64,000 nucleotides of DNA from Gammaproteobacteria bacterium (GCA_965277715.1 OZ255836.1:3680001-3744000), one strand, 5' to 3'. Positions 1-9,498 are shown, counted from the first letter of the stretch. Notes: generated by a model not told the origin, from the letters alone. A program made the numbers and translations.

Positions 1-338
1 GTTTCGGCATTCCCCAGCGGCAATACACCAGAGACGGGCAGGAAAAATTGCTGCTTCGCCAATCCATGCACGGTATTATGCCCGATGAGGTATTGTATAA
101 CCGTCACCGTGGGTTAATAGCGGGTGATCTGGACAACTGGATGTGGACAAACCGAGCGGAAATAGTGGATATTCTCCAGCACCTGAAAAACTCCCCCACA
201 GTACGGCACTGGCTGGATTTAGGGCTTTTAAATGATGCGCTCCAGCACTGTGAGATCAGAGGTGTTGAGCATTTACACCAGGGAGTTATCACGCTGCGGG
301 GTATTCTAATCGGTCGTTTTCTTATGCAGTTTGACTAA
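1..338 (+). CDS. Asparagine synthetase-like protein, probable lasso peptide cyclase (C-terminal part, truncated by window start)
   Basis: Open from base 3: FGIPQRQYTRDGQEKLLLRQSMHGIMPDEVLYNRHRG matches the Asn-synthase C-terminal K.LLR.AM.G.LP.EV..R.K/RG pattern; lies directly upstream of a lasso precursor. Confidence 0.75.
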   Translation, partial: FGIPQRQYTRDGQEKLLLRQSMHGIMPDEVLYNRHRGLIAGDLDNWMWTNRAEIVDILQHLKNSPTVRHWLDLGLLNDALQHCEIRGVEHLHQGVITLRGILIGRFLMQFD

Positions 339-395
339 TGGAAAGAATACCATTAAATTTGCAACCGACAACGTTAACTCACTTAACAGGTAACT

Positions 396-548
396 ATGAT
401 GCAAGAAAAAACGCCAACACTAAACGCCACCCCTTCCGAAAAGAAAGCCTACCAAAGCCCGATAATGACGGATTTCGGTACGGTGAAGCAATATACTCAA
501 GGTACAAACGGGGGTAATACAAATGCTGAGGGTAACGGCAATTCCTGA
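396..548 (+). CDS. Lasso peptide precursor, 50 aa (MMQEKTPTLNATPSEKKAYQSPIMTDFGTVKQYTQ-GTNGGNTNAEGNGNS)
   Basis: Hand translation, below the ORF-track cutoff; SD-like CAGGT before the ATG; leader YQSPIMTDFGTVKQYT fits YxxPx(L/M)xxxGxxxxxT; core starts with Gly, contains Glu and ends in Ser. Confidence 0.85.
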   Translation: MMQEKTPTLNATPSEKKAYQSPIMTDFGTVKQYTQGTNGGNTNAEGNGNS

Positions 549-564
549 GTAAACACTTGACACC

Positions 565-1476
565 TTGGCGTGTAAGCCAAATAGTTGTTTTTCCACGGGT
601 GTGGCGAAACGGGGGGTTGAACGTTTTTTTCTGGTAGTAGGTATGCACCGCAGCGGAACCAGTTGTCTTGCTGGATGCCTGGCGAGAAGCGGTATGTATT
701 TAGGTCCAGCTCCAGGTTCCAACCAATTTAACGCACCAGGCTATGGTGAGCTTCGTTCAGTAAAATGGCTGCATGACCAGATATTGGCTTTAAACAGAGG
801 TGGGTGGTATAAACCGCCTGCCAATGTGGTAGTGCATGACTATCATCAAGCCGCTATGCGCCATATAGTCAACCAGCTTGCACGGAGACGCCTCTGTGGC
901 GTAAAAGACCCTCGAACGCTGCTCATGCTTGATGCTTGGGAAACGATTATTGGTTCTCGGTGCCACCTTATCGGCACTTTTCGCCATCCTCTCGCGGTGG
1001 CGGCTTCTCTTAACCAGCGTAACGGTATTCCAGTTGAACAAGGTCTCACGCTTTGGCGGCACTATAATCAGCGGTTGGTAGAGCGCCACCAAAAAACCTC
1101 TTTTCCGCTAGTGGAGTTCAACTTGCACGATGTCAATGCCTATTGTGGCGTAGTTACCGAAGTTGCCACGCAATCTGGGCTTAAACCCCACTTTATGCAA
1201 TTGCGCCGTTTCGTTCGCCAACCCCTGGAGCACCATAAACTGAAAAAACAAGACCTGCCTGTGGATTGTGCTGAAACTTACGCCTATTTGATGGATAACC
1301 GTAAAGGTGGTTCGCCTGAGAGGGTTGCCGCACCTTCATTCCCTGGCGATAGACGTTGGCAGTCTGTTCAAGCGTATGGCAAAGAAGTAATTTTTAGAAA
1401 CCGCGACTTTTTGACGGCTCTATCCGAGCGCCTGCGACCGAAATACACCAAGGGAACTGCCCATGTCACAACTTGA
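565..1476 (+). CDS. Sulfotransferase family protein (true start may be GTG 601)
   Basis: PAPS-binding loop VVGMHRSGTS, KDPR motif, and FRHPLAVAASL. Confidence 0.8.
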   Translation: MACKPNSCFSTGVAKRGVERFFLVVGMHRSGTSCLAGCLARSGMYLGPAPGSNQFNAPGYGELRSVKWLHDQILALNRGGWYKPPANVVVHDYHQAAMRHIVNQLARRRLCGVKDPRTLLMLDAWETIIGSRCHLIGTFRHPLAVAASLNQRNGIPVEQGLTLWRHYNQRLVERHQKTSFPLVEFNLHDVNAYCGVVTEVATQSGLKPHFMQLRRFVRQPLEHHKLKKQDLPVDCAETYAYLMDNRKGGSPERVAAPSFPGDRRWQSVQAYGKEVIFRNRDFLTALSERLRPKYTKGTAHVTT

Positions 1477-2269
1477 GGTGATCAAACGCGGCGAACGCTT
1501 TCTTTGCTCTGGCATCAAACCCAGAATCGCGACAGGTGAGTTGCGCAAGCAGTTCTCTGTGGCCGAACCATTCCCTCATTTAGTGCTGGACGACTTTCTT
1601 CCGACTGAGTTTATTCGTGCTATTGTCGATAATTTTCCTGCCAAAAGCGAAGCCAGCGTCTACCATACCGTCCCTCACCAGCAAGGCAAACGCGGTTACC
1701 GGCCACAGAATTTGGGTGACAACCCGTGCCGACATTATTTGCCACTCTTTAATTCACCACCCGTAGTAAAGTTTCTGGAAACGGTAACGGGGATAAAGCC
1801 CTTGCTTATCGACCCTTCTTTTCTGGGCGGAGGTCTGCATGAAATAGACCCCGGCGGTAAACTGGCCGTTCACTCAGACTTTAACCTGCATAAAGAGCTC
1901 AATCTGCAAAGACGCATTAATATGTTGATTTACCTCAACGAATCCTGGGAGGCGAACTACGCAGGCAATCTGGAGCTGTGGGACGGAGAATTGAGCCAGT
2001 GCGTAAAATCAATAGCACCCATTTTTAACCGTTGCGTAATCTTCGCCACAGACCTGAAGTCATTTCACGGGCATCCAGAAACCTTGTCCTGCCCTGAACA
2101 TATGACGCGCCGGTCAATCGCGCTATATTACTATACGGCTATTGAACCGGGAGACAAACTCAATACCACCAGCGTCTGGAGACCGCGGCCTGGTAGCCAC
2201 GATCTTGTGCCATCCGGCAGAAAATCGGTTGCCCGGCGGGTGTTTAACAAGCTTAAGCGTTGGAATTAA
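1463..2269 (+). CDS. 2OG-Fe(II) oxygenase
   Basis: PFPHLVLDDFL, HxD motif (VHSDF), distal His (SFHGHP) and RRSIALYYY; overlaps both neighbours. Confidence 0.85.
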   Translation: MSQLEVIKRGERFLCSGIKPRIATGELRKQFSVAEPFPHLVLDDFLPTEFIRAIVDNFPAKSEASVYHTVPHQQGKRGYRPQNLGDNPCRHYLPLFNSPPVVKFLETVTGIKPLLIDPSFLGGGLHEIDPGGKLAVHSDFNLHKELNLQRRINMLIYLNESWEANYAGNLELWDGELSQCVKSIAPIFNRCVIFATDLKSFHGHPETLSCPEHMTRRSIALYYYTAIEPGDKLNTTSVWRPRPGSHDLVPSGRKSVARRVFNKLKRWN

Positions 2270-3126
2270 ACTTGCCTGGATTAACGGCATTTCCAGGCCG
2301 TATCATATCGTACCTTCAAAGCTGGAGGCTGGCGTTTACCACTGACCTCAGCCGCCTGCAATACTATCTTATGCTCGTCGGCAACCCAAGCTCGGGAACT
2401 ACGTTAACACGCACGTTACTGAATGCGCACCCAGAAATCGTAGTAAGTGTTGAATTGAATATCCTGAAAGAGATCGAAGCGAACAAAAGCTGGCGTTCGA
2501 TAGTGGGGCGTATTTTGTATAACGCACAGCGCTTTGACAACAACCCTTTTTGGACCGGCATCAACTATCGGATAGCAAAACTCTCAGGGCGAGGTAAAAA
2601 GCCGTTGCGGGTTATTGGTGACAAACGCGCGGCAGATACGGCGGCATATCTGGCGCGAAATCCCGCGCTGTTATTCGCATTACACCAGTGGTCACCGGTA
2701 CCGGTGCGGTTTATCCACTGCGTGCGTCATCCCTGTGACGTAATCGCCACCAGAATCCGCCGTGGCAAGCTGGACCGCTACGGTAGGTTGGACGCGACGT
2801 ATAATCTGCACAAGTATGTCGAGCTGGAAAAAATCGCTGCGCAACTGTTTTCCGTATTGGGTGAACGCCGTTGTCTGCGGTTCTACCATGAAGAGCTAAT
2901 TGAGGATCCTATACCGGTATTGCAACAGTTGACCACTTTTCTGGGCGTGCAGGCAGGACAGGCCTATTTTGACGCCTGCCGCTCCCTTATCTATAAAAAG
3001 CCCAATAAAAGCCGTTTACAGCGACAATGGACTACGCAGGAGAGGCAAATGATCGAACGTGAAACCGCAAGTATTCCTCACCTGGCGCGTTATTTTGACA
3101 ATGGGCACCTATCCTTTGATGCATAA
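2260..3126 (+). CDS. Sulfotransferase family protein
   Basis: GNPSSGTTL...LNAHPEI, IGDK, and FIHCVRHPCDVIA; YHEELIEDP...LTTFLG tail. Confidence 0.8.
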   Translation: MELNLPGLTAFPGRIISYLQSWRLAFTTDLSRLQYYLMLVGNPSSGTTLTRTLLNAHPEIVVSVELNILKEIEANKSWRSIVGRILYNAQRFDNNPFWTGINYRIAKLSGRGKKPLRVIGDKRAADTAAYLARNPALLFALHQWSPVPVRFIHCVRHPCDVIATRIRRGKLDRYGRLDATYNLHKYVELEKIAAQLFSVLGERRCLRFYHEELIEDPIPVLQQLTTFLGVQAGQAYFDACRSLIYKKPNKSRLQRQWTTQERQMIERETASIPHLARYFDNGHLSFDA

Positions 3127-4204
3127 ACCAACCAAGCGCGCCCCGCTATTTGAAACGCTACAATTCACTATCATCTACACCCCCGGTACAGTTTATTTTC
3201 TTACCTGGATGGTGACCAGTCTGCTTAAGCATTCGCCCTGTTCGTTCCGTCTAGTGTCTAACGGGTGCATGGTGCCAGAGCAACGCTACCTGGAACATTT
3301 TTGCCGCCGGGATCAACGCCTGAGTTTTCTGGCGCTCTCTACCGATCACTACCTACCCCACGGTGAGATACTGGATTATCTGCAAGCCATCCATACCGAC
3401 GAATGGTTCTGCTTTTTGGACTCGGATATGTTTGCTACAGCGGACTTTCTGGCAGAGTTTACTGTCGATATCCCCCGCTACGCAGCCGTATTCTCTGGTG
3501 CGCCAGTCTGGGCGACCGCCTCAGATCAGATACTGCCGGAAAATTTCAAAATCATCAGCGGTCATCATACCGATAGTGACCGGCAACATTGCCTGGGCTG
3601 CACTTATTTTGCCGTATACAACAACGCCCTGCTGGGTGAACTGCGGTCCCGTACCGGGCTTAGCTTTAAAACTGCGTATTGGAACGACATCGCGGAACAA
3701 CATCAGCAAAAATTAATTGCCCTCGGCCTGAAAAAGAAATTCTACGATACTGCACGGCTACTGAATCTGATGCTGGTCTACGAAGGGCACGCACTGTGCT
3801 ATCAGGATTTACCTTCGCTGACCCATATAGGCGGGTTTAGTTATATCCCCGGCAGGGAATTCTCAAGTAGTTTGGCAGGTCGAATATACAGGGCTTTGTC
3901 GATAGTATTTCATCGTAACGTTTTGGTGAAAAAACTGGAAAAATGGCGTCGGCGTCGCAGTTACCGACACCTGCAACCTATCGATAACGAAGAATTGGAG
4001 GCGGTTATTGCGCAACGGATCGAGCAGCGCGACCCTGTGCGCAATTATTTTTACAGCTTGTTTAAAGCCTTGCCGACAAAATCACCTTTGCCACCATTAC
4101 CCAGGGTAAAAAACCGGGAAGTTGACCAACGTCTACGCACAGCGGCGTCTGCGGTACAGCTTCTATACCAGGAATACGAGACCGAGGGTCAGAAGAAAAC
4201 ATGA
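3119..4204 (+). CDS. Glycosyltransferase-like protein (GT-A fold)
   Basis: LVSNG followed by FCFLDSD (DxD motif) and a later HIGG; ATG 3119 overlaps the end of the upstream gene. Confidence 0.55.
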   Translation: MHKPTKRAPLFETLQFTIIYTPGTVYFLTWMVTSLLKHSPCSFRLVSNGCMVPEQRYLEHFCRRDQRLSFLALSTDHYLPHGEILDYLQAIHTDEWFCFLDSDMFATADFLAEFTVDIPRYAAVFSGAPVWATASDQILPENFKIISGHHTDSDRQHCLGCTYFAVYNNALLGELRSRTGLSFKTAYWNDIAEQHQQKLIALGLKKKFYDTARLLNLMLVYEGHALCYQDLPSLTHIGGFSYIPGREFSSSLAGRIYRALSIVFHRNVLVKKLEKWRRRRSYRHLQPIDNEELEAVIAQRIEQRDPVRNYFYSLFKALPTKSPLPPLPRVKNREVDQRLRTAASAVQLLYQEYETEGQKKT

Positions 4205-5220
4205 CAACACCAATTCACCGTTATACGGTTTACGGCATGCCCATTGAGGCCAATGCGCCAGTGCGGCATCTCAACACCAGCGATGAACCGGCTGTTGCGA
4301 CAAACCATGACATATTGGCACAACCGTTACAAATTACCTACCAGGGTTTGACGACGCCTCAGCTAACACCACCGGATGGTGAAATTTTATATAGCTCACC
4401 GGCTCAAACCAAAGAGGGTCGCGGCTTTTTTGAAGTGTGGAAACACGCCGGGGGGTTGTGGTTGTGTCATCACAACCACAACACAGATGACAGTGGTGTA
4501 CGCGCAGCTTATTTTGATGTCGACCCAAGTGGGCATACGCTGGATATAAGCTGGACTGCCGCGTTTAATGTCGACGATTTATCCGGGTATTTACTCGGCC
4601 CTGTACTCGGTTGCATTTTACGCACCCGGAGAGTAACACCACTACATGCTTCGGTATTAAATATCGGCGAAAAAGCGATCATCGTTACGGGTGCGAAAGG
4701 GGCTGGCAAATCAACCCTTGCGGCATTTTTCGCACGCAATGGCCACCGTGTTCTGGCGGACGATATTGCGTCACTGGTACGAAGAGAAAACAGCTATTGG
4801 GTGCATCCCGGCTACCCACACCTGCGTCTTTGGCGGGAAACGCTGGATGAATTGGGTTGTCGTGATGCACTACCGCCGGTATCAGTCGGCATTGACAAGC
4901 GATATCTGGCTTTGACCGGGTCAGCGGATCAAGCCACCGCAGGATTCCAGCGTAAAGCATTGCCGCTTGCCGGCATTTTCGTATTGGAAAATTTCAATGC
5001 AAGCTGTTCGGTTTCAATAACCCCTCTAGTACGTGCCGAAGGCCTTATAAATCTGGTCAGAAATACCTATGCTGATTACCTGTTGGATGCCACAGGGAGA
5101 GGCCGGGATTTTGATTTTCTGACTGGATTGCTGGCGGATACTGCCGTCTATAAAGTCTCCCGACCTCGGGATCTGGCCCTTCTGCCCGAGGTGATTGAGG
5201 CTATCGTCGGCATCTGCTAA
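4201..5220 (+). CDS. HPr kinase-like protein (lasso peptide kinase type)
   Basis: LHAS, Walker A GAKGAGKST and LADD motifs; ATGA overlap with the upstream gene. Confidence 0.8.
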   Translation: MTTPIHRYTVYGMPIEANAPVRHLNTSDEPAVATNHDILAQPLQITYQGLTTPQLTPPDGEILYSSPAQTKEGRGFFEVWKHAGGLWLCHHNHNTDDSGVRAAYFDVDPSGHTLDISWTAAFNVDDLSGYLLGPVLGCILRTRRVTPLHASVLNIGEKAIIVTGAKGAGKSTLAAFFARNGHRVLADDIASLVRRENSYWVHPGYPHLRLWRETLDELGCRDALPPVSVGIDKRYLALTGSADQATAGFQRKALPLAGIFVLENFNASCSVSITPLVRAEGLINLVRNTYADYLLDATGRGRDFDFLTGLLADTAVYKVSRPRDLALLPEVIEAIVGIC

Positions 5221-5271
5221 ATGAGGTGTTTTTTTGTGATAGAGGTCGTTCCACCCTATCAGCCCCTTCAA

Positions 5272-5434
5272 CCTAGAAAACGCAGTTGAGTGCGAAAAAG
5301 CTGTGCAAGGCATTGGTGTGCATGGGACCGTTAAAAAATGCGTGGTCACCTTATTGGCGATGAGCAATTTTTACACTTTTCCAGGTGCGCCAAGGGCTTG
5401 TGCAGACTTTCGTGAGGCAACTGCGGAATTTAGG
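5272..5434. mobile_element. MITE-like element, 163 bp, imperfect terminal IRs, 5-bp TSD TTCAA
   Basis: Left CCTAGAAAACGCAGTTG and right CAACTGCGGAATTTAGG; TTCAA at 5267-5271 and 5435-5439. Confidence 0.7.
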
Positions 5435-5506
5435 TTCAAATCTGGCTTTACTATAGAGACGCCAGTTTGCGATAGGCTTTTATCAGGGGCTGATAAAACC
5501 CTGTTG

Positions 5507-6256
5507 TTAACAGGTGTAGTTCATCGCCAGCCGACCACCGTCAATGTAAATAGTTTCACCGGATATATAGCTGGCTTTATCACTGGCCAGAAACGCCACC
5601 ACATCACCGACTTCCCGGGGTTTACCAATACGTTTAAGGGGGGTGCGTGACATAACCATTTTCATTGCCTCGGCATCGGGATTGACGCTCGCCATCATTG
5701 CTGTATCGATAGATCCCGGCCCCACCGCGTTAACGCGAATGCCATGTGTTGCCAATGCGACAGCAGCGGCTTTGGTCAATTGCATTACGCCGCCTTTCGA
5801 GGCGCAGTAGGGGGCGATAGAGGGGATGGCGACGCGCTCGTTAATGGATGACATGTTGACAATCGCGCCCTGAATGTTATGCGTTACCATGGATTTCGCT
5901 GCGCGCTGTAATGCCAGGAATGTCCCGGTCAAATTGACATTGATGACTGCCTGAAAGGTTTCCAGCGTGGTCTCCAAAAAATCACAGGGATAGGAAATAC
6001 CCGCGTTGTTGACCAAAATCGATACCGGGCCAAGTGTGCTTTCAATCTGATCGAACATTGCGTTGATTTGCACGGGGTCACCCATATCGCAGGTAATCGC
6101 CTGTGTTTTACTACCTAATCGATTCGCCGCCGCGTTAACATTTTCAGTATTGATATCCGCCAGGACAATGTGCGCGCCGTCTTCGGCAATGGCCTCGGCG
6201 CAAGCGTAGCCGATGCCCTGGGCGCCACCGGTAATTAAAGCGATAGGTTTATTCAT
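5507..6256 (-). CDS. SDR family oxidoreductase
   Basis: TGGAQGIG, NNAG and YCASK motifs. Confidence 0.9.
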   Translation of the reverse strand: MNKPIALITGGAQGIGYACAEAIAEDGAHIVLADINTENVNAAANRLGSKTQAITCDMGDPVQINAMFDQIESTLGPVSILVNNAGISYPCDFLETTLETFQAVINVNLTGTFLALQRAAKSMVTHNIQGAIVNMSSINERVAIPSIAPYCASKGGVMQLTKAAAVALATHGIRVNAVGPGSIDTAMMASVNPDAEAMKMVMSRTPLKRIGKPREVGDVVAFLASDKASYISGETIYIDGGRLAMNYTC

Positions 6257-6332
6257 ATCTGTTGGTTTCCGCAGTGTGTGGTCAGAGAATTATCAGTATC
6301 AAGATCGTTTTATAAAATAGAGCCCGGTGCCG

Positions 6333-7091
6333 TCACTGTCCATAATCCAGCGGATCGCGGTTCCACGATTTATAGATTAAATACCGGGCGTTGGTTTTAC
6401 CTATGGCGCCAAACCATTGGGCGCTATACGGCCCCATCCAAATAACATCATGTTTCTCTACGGGATACCAACGGTCATCCAGCCGGTAGATGCCACCACC
6501 AGCCAGCATAAGCAGCCCGTGCTCCATAAAATGCGTCTCTACATAGGGAAGTGATGCACCGGGTGAAAAATCCATCGTGTTTATCTGCAGGTCGTAGATG
6601 TCATCCTGCGGGATGAGTTTTTTAAGTTGGATGTCCTCGTCGCCATTCATTGCGACACTGTCAATACCCTGGGTGCTGCCGATGATAAAGGGGGGTGTAT
6701 CAGTAAGGTTTGGCAGTGGGGTGTATTGGCGCTCAAGCACTGAAATGCGAGCGCTTGTGTTGGTTTTAATCGTGTGGGGTGTACCCGCAGGTATATAGGC
6801 ATATCCTTCGTTACTGAGTACGCGGGGCTGATCTTCAATGGTCAGTGTTAGCTCCCCTTCAAGTATAAATATAAACCGTTCGATTGCCTTCACATAGGGC
6901 ATATCTCCCACACTTTGTGTCGATAAGGTAGCAAAGTATTGCGTGAACCCCGCGCCCATTTGCGGGGCGATAACAACGATAATTTCTGTGTTGCGCCAGT
7001 GCGGCAGTGTTGTTCGTTCAAAACTGTCGGGCGATACCAGCGCGTGGTTTCTCTGGATTGAAGACCGCGTTTCTCCAAGGTGGCGTCTCAT
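6333..7091 (-). CDS. allE: (S)-ureidoglycine aminohydrolase (bicupin)
   Basis: PGASLPYVETHFMEHGLLMLAGGGIYRL...WMGPY...YLIYK..NR; GAGG SD before ATG 7091. Confidence 0.8.
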   Translation of the reverse strand: MRRHLGETRSSIQRNHALVSPDSFERTTLPHWRNTEIIVVIAPQMGAGFTQYFATLSTQSVGDMPYVKAIERFIFILEGELTLTIEDQPRVLSNEGYAYIPAGTPHTIKTNTSARISVLERQYTPLPNLTDTPPFIIGSTQGIDSVAMNGDEDIQLKKLIPQDDIYDLQINTMDFSPGASLPYVETHFMEHGLLMLAGGGIYRLDDRWYPVEKHDVIWMGPYSAQWFGAIGKTNARYLIYKSWNRDPLDYGQ

Positions 7092-7158
7092 GGGTATTTT
7101 CCTCGATGGCTTTTTACGTTTTGGTGTGCGTTTCCACACACGGACACCCGATAAATCG

Positions 7159-8223
7159 TCACGATTTATCCACTAATGCCACTGCATCTGCAATAGCCGT
7201 CAAAAGTTGATCAATTTCTGCGATAGTCGTGTTCCAGGCGGTAACGAAGCGAGGTGGCGCTGTGCCGTCCAGCTCTCCCTCAGTCACGCTGAAACCACAC
7301 GCATTGAGCCTCTCTATCACTGCTTGGGGGAGGTGTACAAAAACCTCATTCGACTGTGTTGGGTAGGCCGGTTTTACTCCAGGAATCGATGCCAGCCCGT
7401 TGCTCAGGCGGGTGGCCATTGCATTGGCATGGCGGGCATTGCGCAGCCAGACATCATCTTTTATATACGCTTCAAGCTGTGCTGAGATAAACCGCATTTT
7501 GGAAATCAGTTGCCCGGAGCGTTTATGCAGGAAAGGAAAAGACTGAATAAGCGCCGGTTTAAAAAAAACCACTGCTTCCGCCACAAGGCAGCCATTTTTT
7601 GTGCCACCAAAAGATAAAACATCGACACCGGCTTTCCAGGTCATCTCTGCCGGACTGGTGTTCAGGGTAACAAGCGCATTGGCGAACCGGGCGCCATCCA
7701 TATGGACGTTTAACCCATGGCGATGGGCCGTTTCCCCGATGGCGGCTACTTCGCCCAGTGTGTACACAGTGCCCAGCTCGCACGATTGGGTAATGCTCAC
7801 TGTTGTGGGTTGCGCTGAATGTACATTGCCGGTGCCACGGATAACATCGCCAAGGCTTTCGGAGGTGATTTTGCCGTTATCACTGGCGATGGGGATAAGC
7901 TTGGCACCACCGGTAAAAAACTCGGGCGCGGCGCACTCATCGGTATTGATGTGTGACATTTCGTGGCAGAACACCTTGCCGAATCGCGGCGTTAATGCAG
8001 ACAGCGCCAAGGCGTTGGCTGCCGTGCCAGAGAGCACCGGAAAAACCTTCACCGCCGTTTCGAAGACATCAGAAAATATCGCGTCTAAATTAAGCGAGTG
8101 TGCATCGTCACCGTAGGACGAAGTGATGCCTGCATTTGCGGCGATAACAGCGTCCATTATTTCCGGGCAGGCGCACGAGGTGTTATCTGAAGCGAGGCTG
8201 TTTAACAGGGCATTTCCTGACAT
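7159..8223 (-). CDS. ltaE: Low-specificity L-threonine aldolase
   Basis: ASDN, GTAANAL, HMDGARFANA and SFGGTKNG (PLP lysine). Confidence 0.85.
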   Translation of the reverse strand: MSGNALLNSLASDNTSCACPEIMDAVIAANAGITSSYGDDAHSLNLDAIFSDVFETAVKVFPVLSGTAANALALSALTPRFGKVFCHEMSHINTDECAAPEFFTGGAKLIPIASDNGKITSESLGDVIRGTGNVHSAQPTTVSITQSCELGTVYTLGEVAAIGETAHRHGLNVHMDGARFANALVTLNTSPAEMTWKAGVDVLSFGGTKNGCLVAEAVVFFKPALIQSFPFLHKRSGQLISKMRFISAQLEAYIKDDVWLRNARHANAMATRLSNGLASIPGVKPAYPTQSNEVFVHLPQAVIERLNACGFSVTEGELDGTAPPRFVTAWNTTIAEIDQLLTAIADAVALVDKS

Positions 8224-8254
8224 TATTGTTACCTATTGAGGTTGTTTTGATCGG

Positions 8255-9439
8255 TTAATTGGGGATAGTGATTAATTCGCGGGCGACATGGCTCAAGCGC
8301 TCGCCACCGTGTTGTGTCACGACAAAAGGCTCTGAAATCGCCGCGCCAAAGTCATCCAGCCACATGCCGGACTGGAAATGAAAACACATACCTTCCTGGA
8401 GTACGGTGGTGTCTCCTGGGCGTAGGCTTGCTGTGCGCTCGCCCCAATCGGGTGGGTAGTTGAGGCCGATGGAATACCCGACCCGGCTGTCTTTGCTGTA
8501 ACCGTGGCGTTTGAGCACGCCTTGCCAGGTTGCCTCAACTGCTTCGCAGGTGACCCCCGGTTTGGCCATAGCGAGCGCTTTGTCTCCCCCTTCAATAATA
8601 ACATCGGCTAGCCGGGCAATTTCGTCTGGTGGCGTGCCGATGTACATCGTGCGGGTCAGTGGTGCGTGGTAGTGCCGCCGGGCGGCGCCGATTTCCATCA
8701 CCACCAGGCCACTCTTGGGCAGGGGTTCATCGGTCCAGGTTAAATGGGGTGTGCTGGTGCCTTCCCCTACCTGAATGAGTGGGCATAGGCTGGTGTAGTC
8801 ACCAAACTTATTATCACAGCCGGTAACCTGTGCATGGTAGACATCGGCGATCACTTCAAACTGGCGAACCCCCGGCTGGATTCTGGCGATGGCCGTGTTC
8901 ATGGTGTCGGTGATGATACGCCCCGCCTCGCGCATATAGACTAGCTCGGCGTCTGACTTTACCAGTCTGGCCCAGTTGACGATTTCATGGTTGTCGGCAA
9001 TGTGGGCATTGGGTAGGCCTTTTGTCAGGTGTTGATGCGCCCGTGCGGTGTAGTAATGGGCATCGAGCTCGACACCAATTCGCGATGCCCCCCAGCCCCG
9101 TGCAATCAACAGCGCGCATAGCTCATCGAAAGGGTGTTGGCTTGGGTGGTGTACCAGCGACTCAGAAAACCCGATGATATTGTCGTCGGGTATGTCGGTG
9201 GTAATGCGGGCTGACTTTGCATCCTGTGCGCGACCAAACCAGATGGGTGATGCTTCCTCCAGGTGTAAAATAACGGCCTGAGGGGTGTAGAAAGACCAAC
9301 CGTCAAACCCGGTCAGCCAGCCCATACTGGCGGGGTCCTGGCATACCAGCAGGTCGAACCCCGCCGCTACCATGCGCCTTTTTACTTTTTCGACACGTTG
9401 CGCGTATTCATATTTTTCAAAGGGTTTGTTGTAGTGCAT
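8255..9439 (-). CDS. M24 family peptidase, ectoine hydrolase DoeA/EutD-like
   Basis: DPASMGWLTGFDGWSFY, PHLTW and GYSIGLNYPPDWGERTASLR. Confidence 0.75.
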   Translation of the reverse strand: MHYNKPFEKYEYAQRVEKVKRRMVAAGFDLLVCQDPASMGWLTGFDGWSFYTPQAVILHLEEASPIWFGRAQDAKSARITTDIPDDNIIGFSESLVHHPSQHPFDELCALLIARGWGASRIGVELDAHYYTARAHQHLTKGLPNAHIADNHEIVNWARLVKSDAELVYMREAGRIITDTMNTAIARIQPGVRQFEVIADVYHAQVTGCDNKFGDYTSLCPLIQVGEGTSTPHLTWTDEPLPKSGLVVMEIGAARRHYHAPLTRTMYIGTPPDEIARLADVIIEGGDKALAMAKPGVTCEAVEATWQGVLKRHGYSKDSRVGYSIGLNYPPDWGERTASLRPGDTTVLQEGMCFHFQSGMWLDDFGAAISEPFVVTQHGGERLSHVARELITIPN

Positions 9440-9498
9440 GTTTCGCGTTCTCTTTCCGGTATTCTCTTCTTTGGCAATAAACGCCCCCTGGACATAAT

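Noticed and set aside
394-722. Minus-strand ORFs 394..648 and 420..722 from the track
   Set aside because: They are antisense shadows of the lasso precursor and first sulfotransferase and carry no motifs
5303-5650. 115-aa plus-strand ORF
   Set aside because: It runs through the MITE and antisense into the SDR gene, with no recognisable domain
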